This document shows positions 51,101 to 60,276 of a stretch of DNA of 64,000 bases, piece after piece. Both the position numbers and the translations under genes were made by a program. Source of the stretch: Candidatus Marinacidobacterales bacterium (GTDB lineage: Bacteria > Acidobacteriota > Vicinamibacteria > Marinacidobacterales > DATDRI01); contig CBDCNP010000002.1 in NCBI GenBank assembly GCA_965219415.1, positions 448,001 through 512,000 of the forward strand, given 5' to 3'. The stretch's first letter is position 1, and each line of letters starts with the position of its first letter. The notes beneath the pieces are model-generated. The model saw only the letters and a program-made list of their open reading frames with translations. It was not told the origin of the DNA and did no database searches.

Positions 51101-52051
51101 CTAGAAAACGGCTCGGGGTGGGGTGCGGTCCTTCGTTGCGAGTTGCACAGCAGCACGGAGGGGCGGCGATTCATGAACTCTGTCCGGAAAGAGTGGAAAC
51201 GACGGCTTCGGTTCACCGACCCGGTCGGCGGCACGGCGGTACTGCTCCATCTTGCCTTTGCCGTAGTCTATCTCCGCCATGTAGAGATTGCGGACCACAT
51301 AGAAGTCTGACATTGTCGGCACTTCGATCGCCGCCGAGCGCGTGGGGATCGTCGTGATGGAACTGCAGGCGAGGTCGGCACCCGGCATGAGGGCCGCGAG
51401 CCGTTGGAGCTTGTCCTGAAGGTCAGCACTCGCGGTGAACTGCACGCGGTACCGCGAAGGTGCCAGCGGCTCGACGACCGGCGGCTTGTCAGCCGTTTCG
51501 GGAGCCGGGGCCCGCTCAGGTTCAGGGGCTGGACTCTTTCCGGACGGAGTACCTTCGGCGCCTGACGTACGGAGTTCGCTTGCCGGCTTCTGTCGCCGCT
51601 TCGGAAGCTTCCGGATGGAGGGCGAGACATCCGGTTTCGGCGCAATCTCCGCCGCCAGCACCAGGAGCTCGCGTTTGGTCTTGTGGGTTGCTCGAGCCAA
51701 GAGCTCCTCGCAATTGGTGTCGGTAAGATGCGGTGCCAGCACCGTGATGCCGCTCAAGTGAAGACGCCCATCGTCGAGCATCGTCAGAAGCACCGGATGT
51801 CGGCGCGACGCCCGTGCGGTGGCTATCCGTAGGAAGGCTTCTGCCTCGGACAAGTGCAACACGTCGACGCAATATTTAAACATCGATGACGAAGCTTCAC
51901 GGGCATACAGTCGGCGTGCATCGACTTCGGCGATATGCGCAACGAGAACCGACTCCACACGTCGCGACTGTTTCAAAACGCTCGACAGTCGGCCAAGAAG
52001 CTCGTCATCCGACAGTGGGGAAAGCGATTTCAATTTGTCTTTTTTGTTCAT
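51101..52051 (-). pseudogene. DUF222-like/HNH endonuclease gene lacking its central 217 bp
   Basis: LSDDELL..L..SRRVESVLVAHIAEVDARRLY..SSMFKYC..LHLSEAEA..RI..AR; EPLAPSRYRVQFTAS. Out-of-frame QFHHDDPHALGGDRSADNVRLLC follows 51366, then NLYMAEIDYG. Confidence 0.82.
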
Positions 52052-52345
52052 GCGCCTGTTATAGCATGGACTTTTTTGACGCTCTGTGCCCGCGCGTATT
52101 GAACGCGAATGCGTCGAGACACTTCGAAGTCTATCCAAGCAAACGAGCGTGCCTGTCGTTTCCTTATCGCACGTACAGGCCCACTCCAGATCGTACCTGC
52201 GGTTTTTTTCATATCGCCGCGAATAAGCTGTCAAGAAAAAAGTGAATTATTTTTCTCAGCGATCTCCCCTGTTTTGGGAAGGTGCTCTTAATCCCCCCCT
52301 CCACACGCCGTCCCACACCGTGTACAATGGCGGTCGGTTGCTTGG

Positions 52346-53080
52346 ATGAAGAAAACAGACTCCCCAACCGCAGTCGTTACCGGTGGAAGCAAGGGCATCG
52401 GGGCAGATATCGCGGAGCGGCTTCTCGATAGAGATTACCGCGTCGTCAATCTGTCCAACATCCCCCCGAACTGGAAACATGACCGGCTCGAGACGATCGA
52501 GGTCGACCTATCGGATCTGGACGCAACGCGTGAGACCGCTGCCGCCGTTGCGGCGGTTCAGGACGTCAAGGTTTTCGTGCATAACGCGGGAGTGATTCGG
52601 CCGGCGCTCCTCGAGGCCGTCAAGCAAGAAGACCTCGATCACTTGGTCAGCTTGCACCTCGGTGCTGCGATAGCCCTCGCGCAGCAATTCGTGCCGTCCA
52701 TGCGCACACAAAAGTTCGGACGCATCGTGCTCATTTCCTCTCGCGCCGCTCTCGGTTTGCCCACTCGCACCGCCTATTCTGCCACCAAGGCAGGAATGAT
52801 CGGCTTGACGCGAACCTGGGCTTTGGAGCTCGCGAAGGACGGCATCACCGTGAACGCGATCGCCCCGGGGCCGATCGAGACCGATCAGTTCCACGAGCTC
52901 ATCCCACCCGACAGCCCGAAGAAACCACAGATCGCCGCGAGCGTCCCCGTGGGACGTCTAGGAACACCGGCCGACATCGGAAGGGTCGTCGACTTCCTTG
53001 TCGATCCGGAAAGTAGCTTTATCACCGGTCAGACGCTGTACGTCTGTGGCGGTGTGAGTCTCGGGGGCCTGACACTTTGA
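52346..53080 (+). CDS. SDR family oxidoreductase (FabG-like)
   Basis: TGGSKGIG, HNAG, YSATK, VNAIAPGPIET and FITGQ motifs. Confidence 0.93.
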   Translation: MKKTDSPTAVVTGGSKGIGADIAERLLDRDYRVVNLSNIPPNWKHDRLETIEVDLSDLDATRETAAAVAAVQDVKVFVHNAGVIRPALLEAVKQEDLDHLVSLHLGAAIALAQQFVPSMRTQKFGRIVLISSRAALGLPTRTAYSATKAGMIGLTRTWALELAKDGITVNAIAPGPIETDQFHELIPPDSPKKPQIAASVPVGRLGTPADIGRVVDFLVDPESSFITGQTLYVCGGVSLGGLTL

Positions 53081-53116
53081 CTCTCTAGACTCGTAACCTC
53101 ATAGAGAGGGGTTGCC

Positions 53117-54472
53117 ATGAAGAAGTGCCTGCCTGTTTTTCTCCTTTTCGTTTTCTACGCCTACCCAGCATGGAGCCAACAAGACGCGCTGGTCATTGAG
53201 GATGTGACACTTATCGATGGAACCGGGAACCCTCCGGTGCAGAACGTCACCATCATCGTCCAAGGTGATCGGATTCGGTACGTCGGCCCGGCTGAGGTCG
53301 ACATTCCTCGTGGTGCCCACCGAATCGACGGCAAGGGCAAGTTCGTCATCCCCGGGCTCATGGACACCCATATCCATCTCAAGGGAGGCCGATTGGGTCC
53401 CCACATGGAGGCCGACGAGGACGCTCCCGCCAACGAACAAGACGCCCTGAGCGCTCTTCACAGCTACCTCAATGCAGGAGTCACTGCTGTCTACGACGCC
53501 GGCAGCTATCCCGAGTTCTTTTTTCCGTTCCGGGAGAAGGAGCGCTCGGGAGAGATCACCGCGCCCCGCATCTTCGGATCCGGTTTTGCTATATCCGCTC
53601 CCGGTGGTCACGCCGCACCGGTTCCCGTCACCGTCGAGGACTGGGCGAAGGATCGCAAGAAGGTCGACGAGGTACTGGCCTGGAAGCCCGATCTGGTCAA
53701 GATCACCCAAGACGAGCACGGTTGGAACATGCGGCCTTACGGGAACTACATGCCGATCGACTTGCTCGAAACCGTGATCCGCTACGTAAACGCGCACGGC
53801 ATCCGTACCTGCATCCATACTTCCAACGAGCTCCGCACGTGGGAGGCCATCTATGCCGGTGTGGATACGCTCGCCCACCCCGTCATTCAGGCCCCGGTAA
53901 GCGACAAGTACCTCAATATGATGAGGGTCAAGAAAGTCCCTCAGGTCTCGACACTGACCATCGGGGATGGCTACCGGCGCCTGCTCGACGAGCCTGAGTT
54001 TCTTGATCAGCCGCTTTACCGAGCCACCCTCGAGCCCCAAGAAATCGCCCGGCTCAGGAACAAAGAAGCCAAGAAGCAAGCCGACAGGCGCTGGGTGAAG
54101 TGGATGCGGGTGATGAATCCCGTCGCGCAGGAAAACCTAAGAAGGCTCAACGAAGCCGGCGGCATCGTTTCACTCGGGACCGATCAGGATATGGGACCAG
54201 CCGTCCACCGGGAGCTCGAGCTTCTCGTCGATGGCGGCATATCCTCTCTCGACGCTATCAAGATCGGAACGTTGAACAACGCGATCTTCTTGGGCATGGA
54301 AGACGATTTGGGCACGATCGAAGCGGGGAAGCTCGCCGATCTCGTGATCTTGAACGCCGATCCCACCAAGGACATCAACAACGCGAAGCTCATTCATACC
54401 GTCATCAAGAACGGGCGAGTGATCGATCGGGCCACGCTACAAATTCCCGGTAACGCACAGGGCACCCACTAA
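53117..54472 (+). CDS. Secreted amidohydrolase family protein
   Basis: Signal peptide; GKFVIPGLMDTHIH, DLVK, CIH, LAH, LGTD and GKLADLVIL motifs. Confidence 0.92.
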   Translation: MKKCLPVFLLFVFYAYPAWSQQDALVIEDVTLIDGTGNPPVQNVTIIVQGDRIRYVGPAEVDIPRGAHRIDGKGKFVIPGLMDTHIHLKGGRLGPHMEADEDAPANEQDALSALHSYLNAGVTAVYDAGSYPEFFFPFREKERSGEITAPRIFGSGFAISAPGGHAAPVPVTVEDWAKDRKKVDEVLAWKPDLVKITQDEHGWNMRPYGNYMPIDLLETVIRYVNAHGIRTCIHTSNELRTWEAIYAGVDTLAHPVIQAPVSDKYLNMMRVKKVPQVSTLTIGDGYRRLLDEPEFLDQPLYRATLEPQEIARLRNKEAKKQADRRWVKWMRVMNPVAQENLRRLNEAGGIVSLGTDQDMGPAVHRELELLVDGGISSLDAIKIGTLNNAIFLGMEDDLGTIEAGKLADLVILNADPTKDINNAKLIHTVIKNGRVIDRATLQIPGNAQGTH

Positions 54473-54474
54473 CC

Positions 54475-54592
54475 GCCGACATTCATGACGTTAATAATGT
54501 TAAACGCATACACCTGATCATCAAGAACGGGAGAGTCATCGATCGCACCCGCGCTTTTCCACATCCCAGCCAACGCCAGCGGTACACAGTAG
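54475..54592 (+). pseudogene. Degenerate C-terminal remnant of a tandem amidohydrolase paralog
   Basis: Reads DVNNVKRIHLIIKNGRVIDR...(shift) IPANASGTQ*, compared with the upstream gene end DINNAKLIHTVIKNGRVIDRATLQIPGNAQGTH*. Confidence 0.75.
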
Positions 54593-54642
54593 ACAAGACC
54601 AAAAATCGGATATGATTGCGTTCTAGACGGTTAGGAGTACGT

Positions 54643-57429
54643 GTGCGTGTGCCGAAGAAAAAAAGCCTCGGCTTCGAAGTGAATGGCCAGAGTGAGACGC
54701 TCGAAGTCTCCCCGCGCACCCGTCTCCTCGATGCTTTGCGGCTAGGGCTCGGACTCACCGGCACCAAGGAGGGCTGCGGCACCGGAGATTGCGGAACCTG
54801 CACCGTTTTCCTCGATGGGCGACCGGTCAATTCCTGCCTGGTCATGGCCCTACAGGCCGAGGGCCGGGAGGTCACCACCATCGAAGGCCTGGGAACACCC
54901 GGCCAACTCGATCCGATTCAAGACGCGATGGTGCAGTGCGGCGGGATTCAATGCGGTTTCTGCACTCCGGGCATGGTGATGTCGCTGAAAGGGTTGATGG
55001 CGCGTAACCCGCGACCGTCCGAGGAAGAGGTTCGCGTCGCGATCTCGGGGAATCTCTGCCGCTGCACCGGCTACGGCAAGATTCTCGAAGCTGCCCAAAG
55101 CGTGGTGGGCGGCGTGACACCCGACCAACCTGACAGGCCTGGCAGTAGCGACAAGCCCGATGGCGGCATCGGATCACGCTTCGTTCGCACCGATGCGGTG
55201 GAGAAAGTGACGGGACGGGCCGTCTACGCCGAAGATGTCCAACTTCCGAAAATGACCTACGGCGTGGTCGTGCGGAGTCCCTATCCCCACGCGCGCATCC
55301 TTTCCATCGACACATCCAAAGCGCTAGAGATTCCCGGGGTCAAAGCGATCGTCACCGGCCGCGATTTCGAGATGGGTTTTTACGGCATCGACCTACAAGA
55401 CCAGCAGATCTTTGCCTTGGACAAGGCACGATTTCTCGGTGAACCGGTGGCGGCGGTAGCGGCGACCACACTGGATCTCGCTCGTGAGGCAGTGGACAAG
55501 GTTCGAGTCGAATACGAAGAGCTCCCCGCGGTTTTCGATAGCGAAGAAGCGATTTCCCCGGATGCCCCCTTGGTTCATCTCGACGTGAACGAGTACGAGC
55601 ACAACTGGAAATCGGAGCGGACCGGAAACCTCTGCTACCAAACATGGATCGGTCACGGCGACGTCGACCAAGGCTTTGCGGAGTCGGACTTCGTTGTTGA
55701 GGGGACGTACCGCACCCCGGTCGCTCACCCCGGAGCCATCGAGCCCCATAGCGCTACCGCCAAGGTGGACCCCTCCGGTCGCGTCACCGTCTGGACCACG
55801 ACGCAGAAACCGTTTGCGGTGCGCGCCTACCTTGCTCGTGCCTTCAAACGCCCGGTGAACGATTTCAAGGTGGTGCAAACTCATATCGGCGGCGGCTTCG
55901 GTGGCAAAGTCGTCCTTTGTCTCGAACCTTACGCGGTGGCTCTGGCCGAGCGGGCCGGCGTTCCCGTGCAGATGACCTTGACGCGCGAAGAAGAGATGTC
56001 GACCACGACGCTCCGGCACCCGGCGAGAGTTCGCCTCGAGACCGGAGTGAAGCGCGATGGCACGTTGGTGGCGCATCGAGTCCGGGTCCTTTTCGATACC
56101 GGCGCTTACTCCGGTGACGGGCCGACGGCTGGCGCGCTTGCGACGTTGATGTCCACCGGCCCCTATCGTTTCGAGCACGTCGACGTGACCGCACTCGTCA
56201 CTTACACCAACAACATCCCATGCGGTTCGTGTCGTTGCCCGGCCGGCCCCCAAATGGCGTTCGCGGTCGAGACCCATTTCGAAAAGATCGCTCGGCGATT
56301 GGAGATGGACAGTCTCGAGTTCCGTCTCAAGAACGCATGGGTAGACGGCGATTACACGCACACCGGACAAGAGCTCACTTCGGTGAGCGTCAAGGAGTGT
56401 CTCGAGAAGGCCGCTGCAGCGATCGACTGGGGCAAACCCCGAGCCCCGGGAGTCGGTCGCGGCTTGGCGTGCAACTGGTGGGTCAGTGGAACCTGGGCGA
56501 CCTCGACGCTGATGGAAACAAACGAGGACGGCACCTTCCGTCTTCTCTCTGGTGGTGTCGACATGGGAACCGGCGCCATGAGCACGAGCGTGTTGCAAAT
56601 GGCCGCGGCGGGGCTCGGCGTACCTCCCGAGTCCATTCAACTCGTTCGTGGTGACACCGACACCCTTCCTTGGGATCACGGACATGGCGGCAGCCGGATG
56701 GCGTTCACGGTAGGGCGTTCGGCATATGAAGCGGCGTTGGATCTCAAGAAGCAATTGCTACAGGAAGCGGTCGGGGTGCTGGAATCGCCACTCGACACAC
56801 TTGAGATCGAAGGAGACAGCATCCGAGTCCATGCCGAACCGGAGCGCGCGGTGCCATTGGCCCGAATCTGCTACGCGCGACACAAGAAACACGGAGGCCC
56901 TCTAATCGGGAAATCGTCCCTGCTCCTTGAGCCACCCCCGACCGAGAGGACCCGGCATCGCGATCATCCGTATCCCGCCTTTCCTGCGCCCAGCTTCTGC
57001 GCGCATGCGGTCGAGCTCGTAGTGGACGACGAGACCGGGGAGATTACCGTGAAGCGTTATGCGGCGGCCCATGACGTCGGCAAGGCGATCAACCCGACGG
57101 CCTGCGAGGGTCAGATCGAGGGTGGCGTGTCCATGGGGCTGGGGTTGGCGTTATCGGAAGAGATTCGTGAGGAAAATGGGAAAGTGCTCAATCCGAACTT
57201 CGCGGACTACCTTCTGGTCACCGCGGAGGACATGCCGCCCACCCAAGCGCTTCTGGTGGAAAAACCGGCAACCGAAGGTCCGTTCGGAGCCAAAGGTGTT
57301 GGGGAGCCACCCGCCGCGCCCCCGACCGGAGCGGTCGCCAATGCGCTGACCGATGCTCTCGGCGTCGAAATCGTTCGACTTCCCCTTCATTCTGAAGAGG
57401 TCGTCTCTCTAATAAAGATGCTTCGTTAG
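54643..57429 (+). CDS. Xanthine dehydrogenase family protein, fused (2Fe-2S) + molybdopterin subunits (CoxS-CoxL-like)
   Basis: GCGTGDCGTC..C, QCGFC and NLCRCTGY Fe-S motifs, then GGGFGGK, GQIEGG and AKGVGE. GTG start after AGGAG. Confidence 0.93.
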   Translation: MRVPKKKSLGFEVNGQSETLEVSPRTRLLDALRLGLGLTGTKEGCGTGDCGTCTVFLDGRPVNSCLVMALQAEGREVTTIEGLGTPGQLDPIQDAMVQCGGIQCGFCTPGMVMSLKGLMARNPRPSEEEVRVAISGNLCRCTGYGKILEAAQSVVGGVTPDQPDRPGSSDKPDGGIGSRFVRTDAVEKVTGRAVYAEDVQLPKMTYGVVVRSPYPHARILSIDTSKALEIPGVKAIVTGRDFEMGFYGIDLQDQQIFALDKARFLGEPVAAVAATTLDLAREAVDKVRVEYEELPAVFDSEEAISPDAPLVHLDVNEYEHNWKSERTGNLCYQTWIGHGDVDQGFAESDFVVEGTYRTPVAHPGAIEPHSATAKVDPSGRVTVWTTTQKPFAVRAYLARAFKRPVNDFKVVQTHIGGGFGGKVVLCLEPYAVALAERAGVPVQMTLTREEEMSTTTLRHPARVRLETGVKRDGTLVAHRVRVLFDTGAYSGDGPTAGALATLMSTGPYRFEHVDVTALVTYTNNIPCGSCRCPAGPQMAFAVETHFEKIARRLEMDSLEFRLKNAWVDGDYTHTGQELTSVSVKECLEKAAAAIDWGKPRAPGVGRGLACNWWVSGTWATSTLMETNEDGTFRLLSGGVDMGTGAMSTSVLQMAAAGLGVPPESIQLVRGDTDTLPWDHGHGGSRMAFTVGRSAYEAALDLKKQLLQEAVGVLESPLDTLEIEGDSIRVHAEPERAVPLARICYARHKKHGGPLIGKSSLLLEPPPTERTRHRDHPYPAFPAPSFCAHAVELVVDDETGEITVKRYAAAHDVGKAINPTACEGQIEGGVSMGLGLALSEEIREENGKVLNPNFADYLLVTAEDMPPTQALLVEKPATEGPFGAKGVGEPPAAPPTGAVANALTDALGVEIVRLPLHSEEVVSLIKMLR

Positions 57430-57492
57430 CGACAGCCGAGGCAACGTAATTTCTGATTGCCGTGCCTTTGCCAAAGTAGAATAATTCAGTCC

Positions 57493-60276
57493 ATGGAAAA
57501 AAAGACTCTGAGCTTCACCGTCAACGATGAGCCGGAAACGATTGAAATCACTCCGCGGACCCGCCTGCTCGATGCTCTGCGTGTCGACATCGGCCTGACC
57601 GGCACGAAAGAAGGATGCGGCACCGGCGATTGCGGTAGCTGCACGGTGCTGTTGGACGGAATCGCCGTGAACTCGTGCATGGTTCTAGCGCTTCAGGCCG
57701 AGGGAAGAAACGTCACCACCATCGAGGGCTTGGGAAAACCGGGGGACCTTCACCCGATCCAGCAGTCCATGGTGCAATGCGGCGGCATCCAGTGTGGGTT
57801 TTGCACTCCGGGCATGGTGCTTTCATTGAAAGGACTACTCGATCAGAATCCTCGTCCGAACGAGGAAGAGGTTCGAGTCGCCATCTCGAGCAACCTTTGC
57901 CGGTGCACGGGCTATAGCAAGATCCTCGATGCCGCGAAGGCGGTGATCGACGAAGTTGCAACGCCGGGAGCCGCATCCCCTGGCGGCGACGCCGCGTCTG
58001 ATGATGGCCGGGTTGGAGCGCGAATGGTGCGAACCGACGCGGCGGAGAAAGTGACTGGACGCGCCATCTATGCCGAGGACATCCGACTCCCGCGCATGAT
58101 CTATGGCGTGGTCGTTCGGAGCCCCCATGCACACGCGAAGATCCTTTCTATCGATACCTCCGAGGCGGAGAAGCTGCCGGGGGTCAAGACGGTGGTAACC
58201 GGCCGCGACCTCGAGATGGGCTACTACGGAATCGATCTTCAGGATCAACAAATGTTCGCGCTGGAGAAGGCTCGTTTTCTGGGAGAGCCCGTTGCGGCGG
58301 TCGCGGCGACGACGCCCGATATCGCACGGGAAGCGGCTTCGAAGGTGAAGGTTCAGTACGAAGAGCTACCGGGTGTCTTCGACCCCGAAGAAGCCATCTC
58401 CTCGGACGCGCCACTCGTTCACGACGACGTCAACGCCTATGAACACAACTGGGAGTCGGACCGGAAGGGCAACCTTTGCTTCCAAGCTTGGGTCGGAGAG
58501 GGCGATGTCGATAAAGGATTCGCCGAGTCGGATCAGGTAGTCGAAGGAACCTACTACGCACCGGTGGCGCACCCCGGCTCGATCGAGCCGCACAGCTCGA
58601 CGGCCATGGTGGATCCCGCGGGGCGCGTCACGGTGTGGACCACCAACCAAAAACCCTTCGCGGTGCGAAGTTATCTGGCCCGCGCCTTCAAGCGCCCGGT
58701 AAACGCATTCAAGATCGTTCCCACCCACATCGGCGGAGGCTTCGGCGGTAAATTGGTCCTTTGTCTCGAGCCCTACGCGGTCATGCTCGCCGAGCGGTCG
58801 GGTCTTGCGGTGCAAATGACTTTGACGCGCGAGGAAGAGATGGCGACCACGACGCTTCGCCACTCCGCTAAGGTCGAGCTCAAGACCGGCGTCAAGAAGG
58901 ACGGGACCTTGGTTTCACATCAGGCGCGCCTTCTATTCAATACCGGTGCCTACTCCGGTGACGGCCCTACCGCAACGGCCCTCGCCACGTTGATGGCCAC
59001 CGGCCCATATCGATTCCCGAACTTGGACATCACTGGCCTCGTTGCTTATACCAACAACGTCCCTTGTGGCTCTTGCCGGTGCCCGGCCGGACCGCAGATG
59101 GCTTTCGCAGTGGAGACCCACCTCGAGAAGGTGGCACGCGCCATCGATATGGACAGCCTCGAGTTCCGCCTAAAAAACGCGTGGAAAGACGGTGACACGA
59201 CGTGCACCGGGCAGGCGCTCGACTCGGTCAGCGTCAAGGAATGCTTGCAGAAGGCGGCGGACGGCGTGGAGTGGGACAAACCGCGCGCGCCCGGTGTCGG
59301 AAAAGGACTGGCTTGCAACTGGTGGGTCAGCGGAACTTGGGGAACGTCCACATTAGTCGAAACGAACGAGGATGGTACCTTCCGCCTCATCTCGGGCGGT
59401 GTCGACATGGGCACCGGTGCGATGACCACGAGCGTGTTGCAAATGGCGGCAGCCGGCCTCGGCGTGCCCCCCGAGTCGATCCAGCTCGTTCGGGGTGATA
59501 CCGACACCCTCCCCTGGGATCATGGGCACGGCGGCAGCCGTATGGCATTCACCGTGGCGCGTTCGGCCTATGAAGCGGCCGAAGATCTCAAGCATCAATT
59601 GCTCGAAGAGGGTGCCCGCCATCTCGAGGCTTCGATCGAAGAGCTGGCTCTCGAGGGCGATCGTATCTTCGTCCGCGAAGATACGTCGCGCTCCGTGCCT
59701 TTGTCGAAAGTCTGCTACTACCGTCACAAGAAGCACGGGGGGCCTTTGATCGGCCGCTCATCTATCCTCGACGATCCTCCCCCAACACCGAAGGGACGAC
59801 ACCGCTTCCATCCTTATCCGGCCATGCCCGCCCCGAGCTTCTGCGCCCATGCGGTGGAGCTCGCCGTGGACGACGAAACCGGCGAGGTATCCGTGACCCG
59901 CTACGCGGCCGCCCACGATGTGGGCAAGGCCATCAACCCTACAGGCTGTGAAGGCCAGATCGAGGGCGGCGTCGCCATGGGACTCGGGCTGGCCATGATG
60001 GAGGAGCTGTGCGAAGTAGACGGGAAGGTGCTGAATCCGACCTTTGCCGACTACCTTCTTCTTACCGCCGAGGACATGCCTCCTATGAAGACGATTCTGG
60101 TCGAGAAGCCCGCGACCGAAGGACCAGTCGGGGCTAAAGGTGTGGGTGAGCCACCGATCGCTCCCCCCACCGGCGCGGTTGCCAACGCGTTGACCGAAGC
60201 GCTCGACGTCGACGTCGATCGCCTTCCGCTGACGCCGGAGGCGGTCACAACACTCATCGGATCACGAAAAACATGA
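57493..60276 (+). CDS. Second fused (2Fe-2S)-molybdopterin xanthine dehydrogenase family protein (tandem paralog)
   Basis: Same motifs as 54643..57429 and colinear along the full length. Confidence 0.93.
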   Translation: MEKKTLSFTVNDEPETIEITPRTRLLDALRVDIGLTGTKEGCGTGDCGSCTVLLDGIAVNSCMVLALQAEGRNVTTIEGLGKPGDLHPIQQSMVQCGGIQCGFCTPGMVLSLKGLLDQNPRPNEEEVRVAISSNLCRCTGYSKILDAAKAVIDEVATPGAASPGGDAASDDGRVGARMVRTDAAEKVTGRAIYAEDIRLPRMIYGVVVRSPHAHAKILSIDTSEAEKLPGVKTVVTGRDLEMGYYGIDLQDQQMFALEKARFLGEPVAAVAATTPDIAREAASKVKVQYEELPGVFDPEEAISSDAPLVHDDVNAYEHNWESDRKGNLCFQAWVGEGDVDKGFAESDQVVEGTYYAPVAHPGSIEPHSSTAMVDPAGRVTVWTTNQKPFAVRSYLARAFKRPVNAFKIVPTHIGGGFGGKLVLCLEPYAVMLAERSGLAVQMTLTREEEMATTTLRHSAKVELKTGVKKDGTLVSHQARLLFNTGAYSGDGPTATALATLMATGPYRFPNLDITGLVAYTNNVPCGSCRCPAGPQMAFAVETHLEKVARAIDMDSLEFRLKNAWKDGDTTCTGQALDSVSVKECLQKAADGVEWDKPRAPGVGKGLACNWWVSGTWGTSTLVETNEDGTFRLISGGVDMGTGAMTTSVLQMAAAGLGVPPESIQLVRGDTDTLPWDHGHGGSRMAFTVARSAYEAAEDLKHQLLEEGARHLEASIEELALEGDRIFVREDTSRSVPLSKVCYYRHKKHGGPLIGRSSILDDPPPTPKGRHRFHPYPAMPAPSFCAHAVELAVDDETGEVSVTRYAAAHDVGKAINPTGCEGQIEGGVAMGLGLAMMEELCEVDGKVLNPTFADYLLLTAEDMPPMKTILVEKPATEGPVGAKGVGEPPIAPPTGAVANALTEALDVDVDRLPLTPEAVTTLIGSRKT

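Noticed and set aside
47975-51367. Shufflon or invertase-controlled cassette system
   Set aside because: The six breakpoints share no recognisable site or inverted repeat, and no tyrosine or serine recombinase is in the window.
54643-60276. Calling these genes coxL (aerobic CO dehydrogenase)
   Set aside because: Neither AYxCSFR nor AYxGAGR is present and no cox accessory genes are nearby; kept only as an atypical Mo-hydroxylase.
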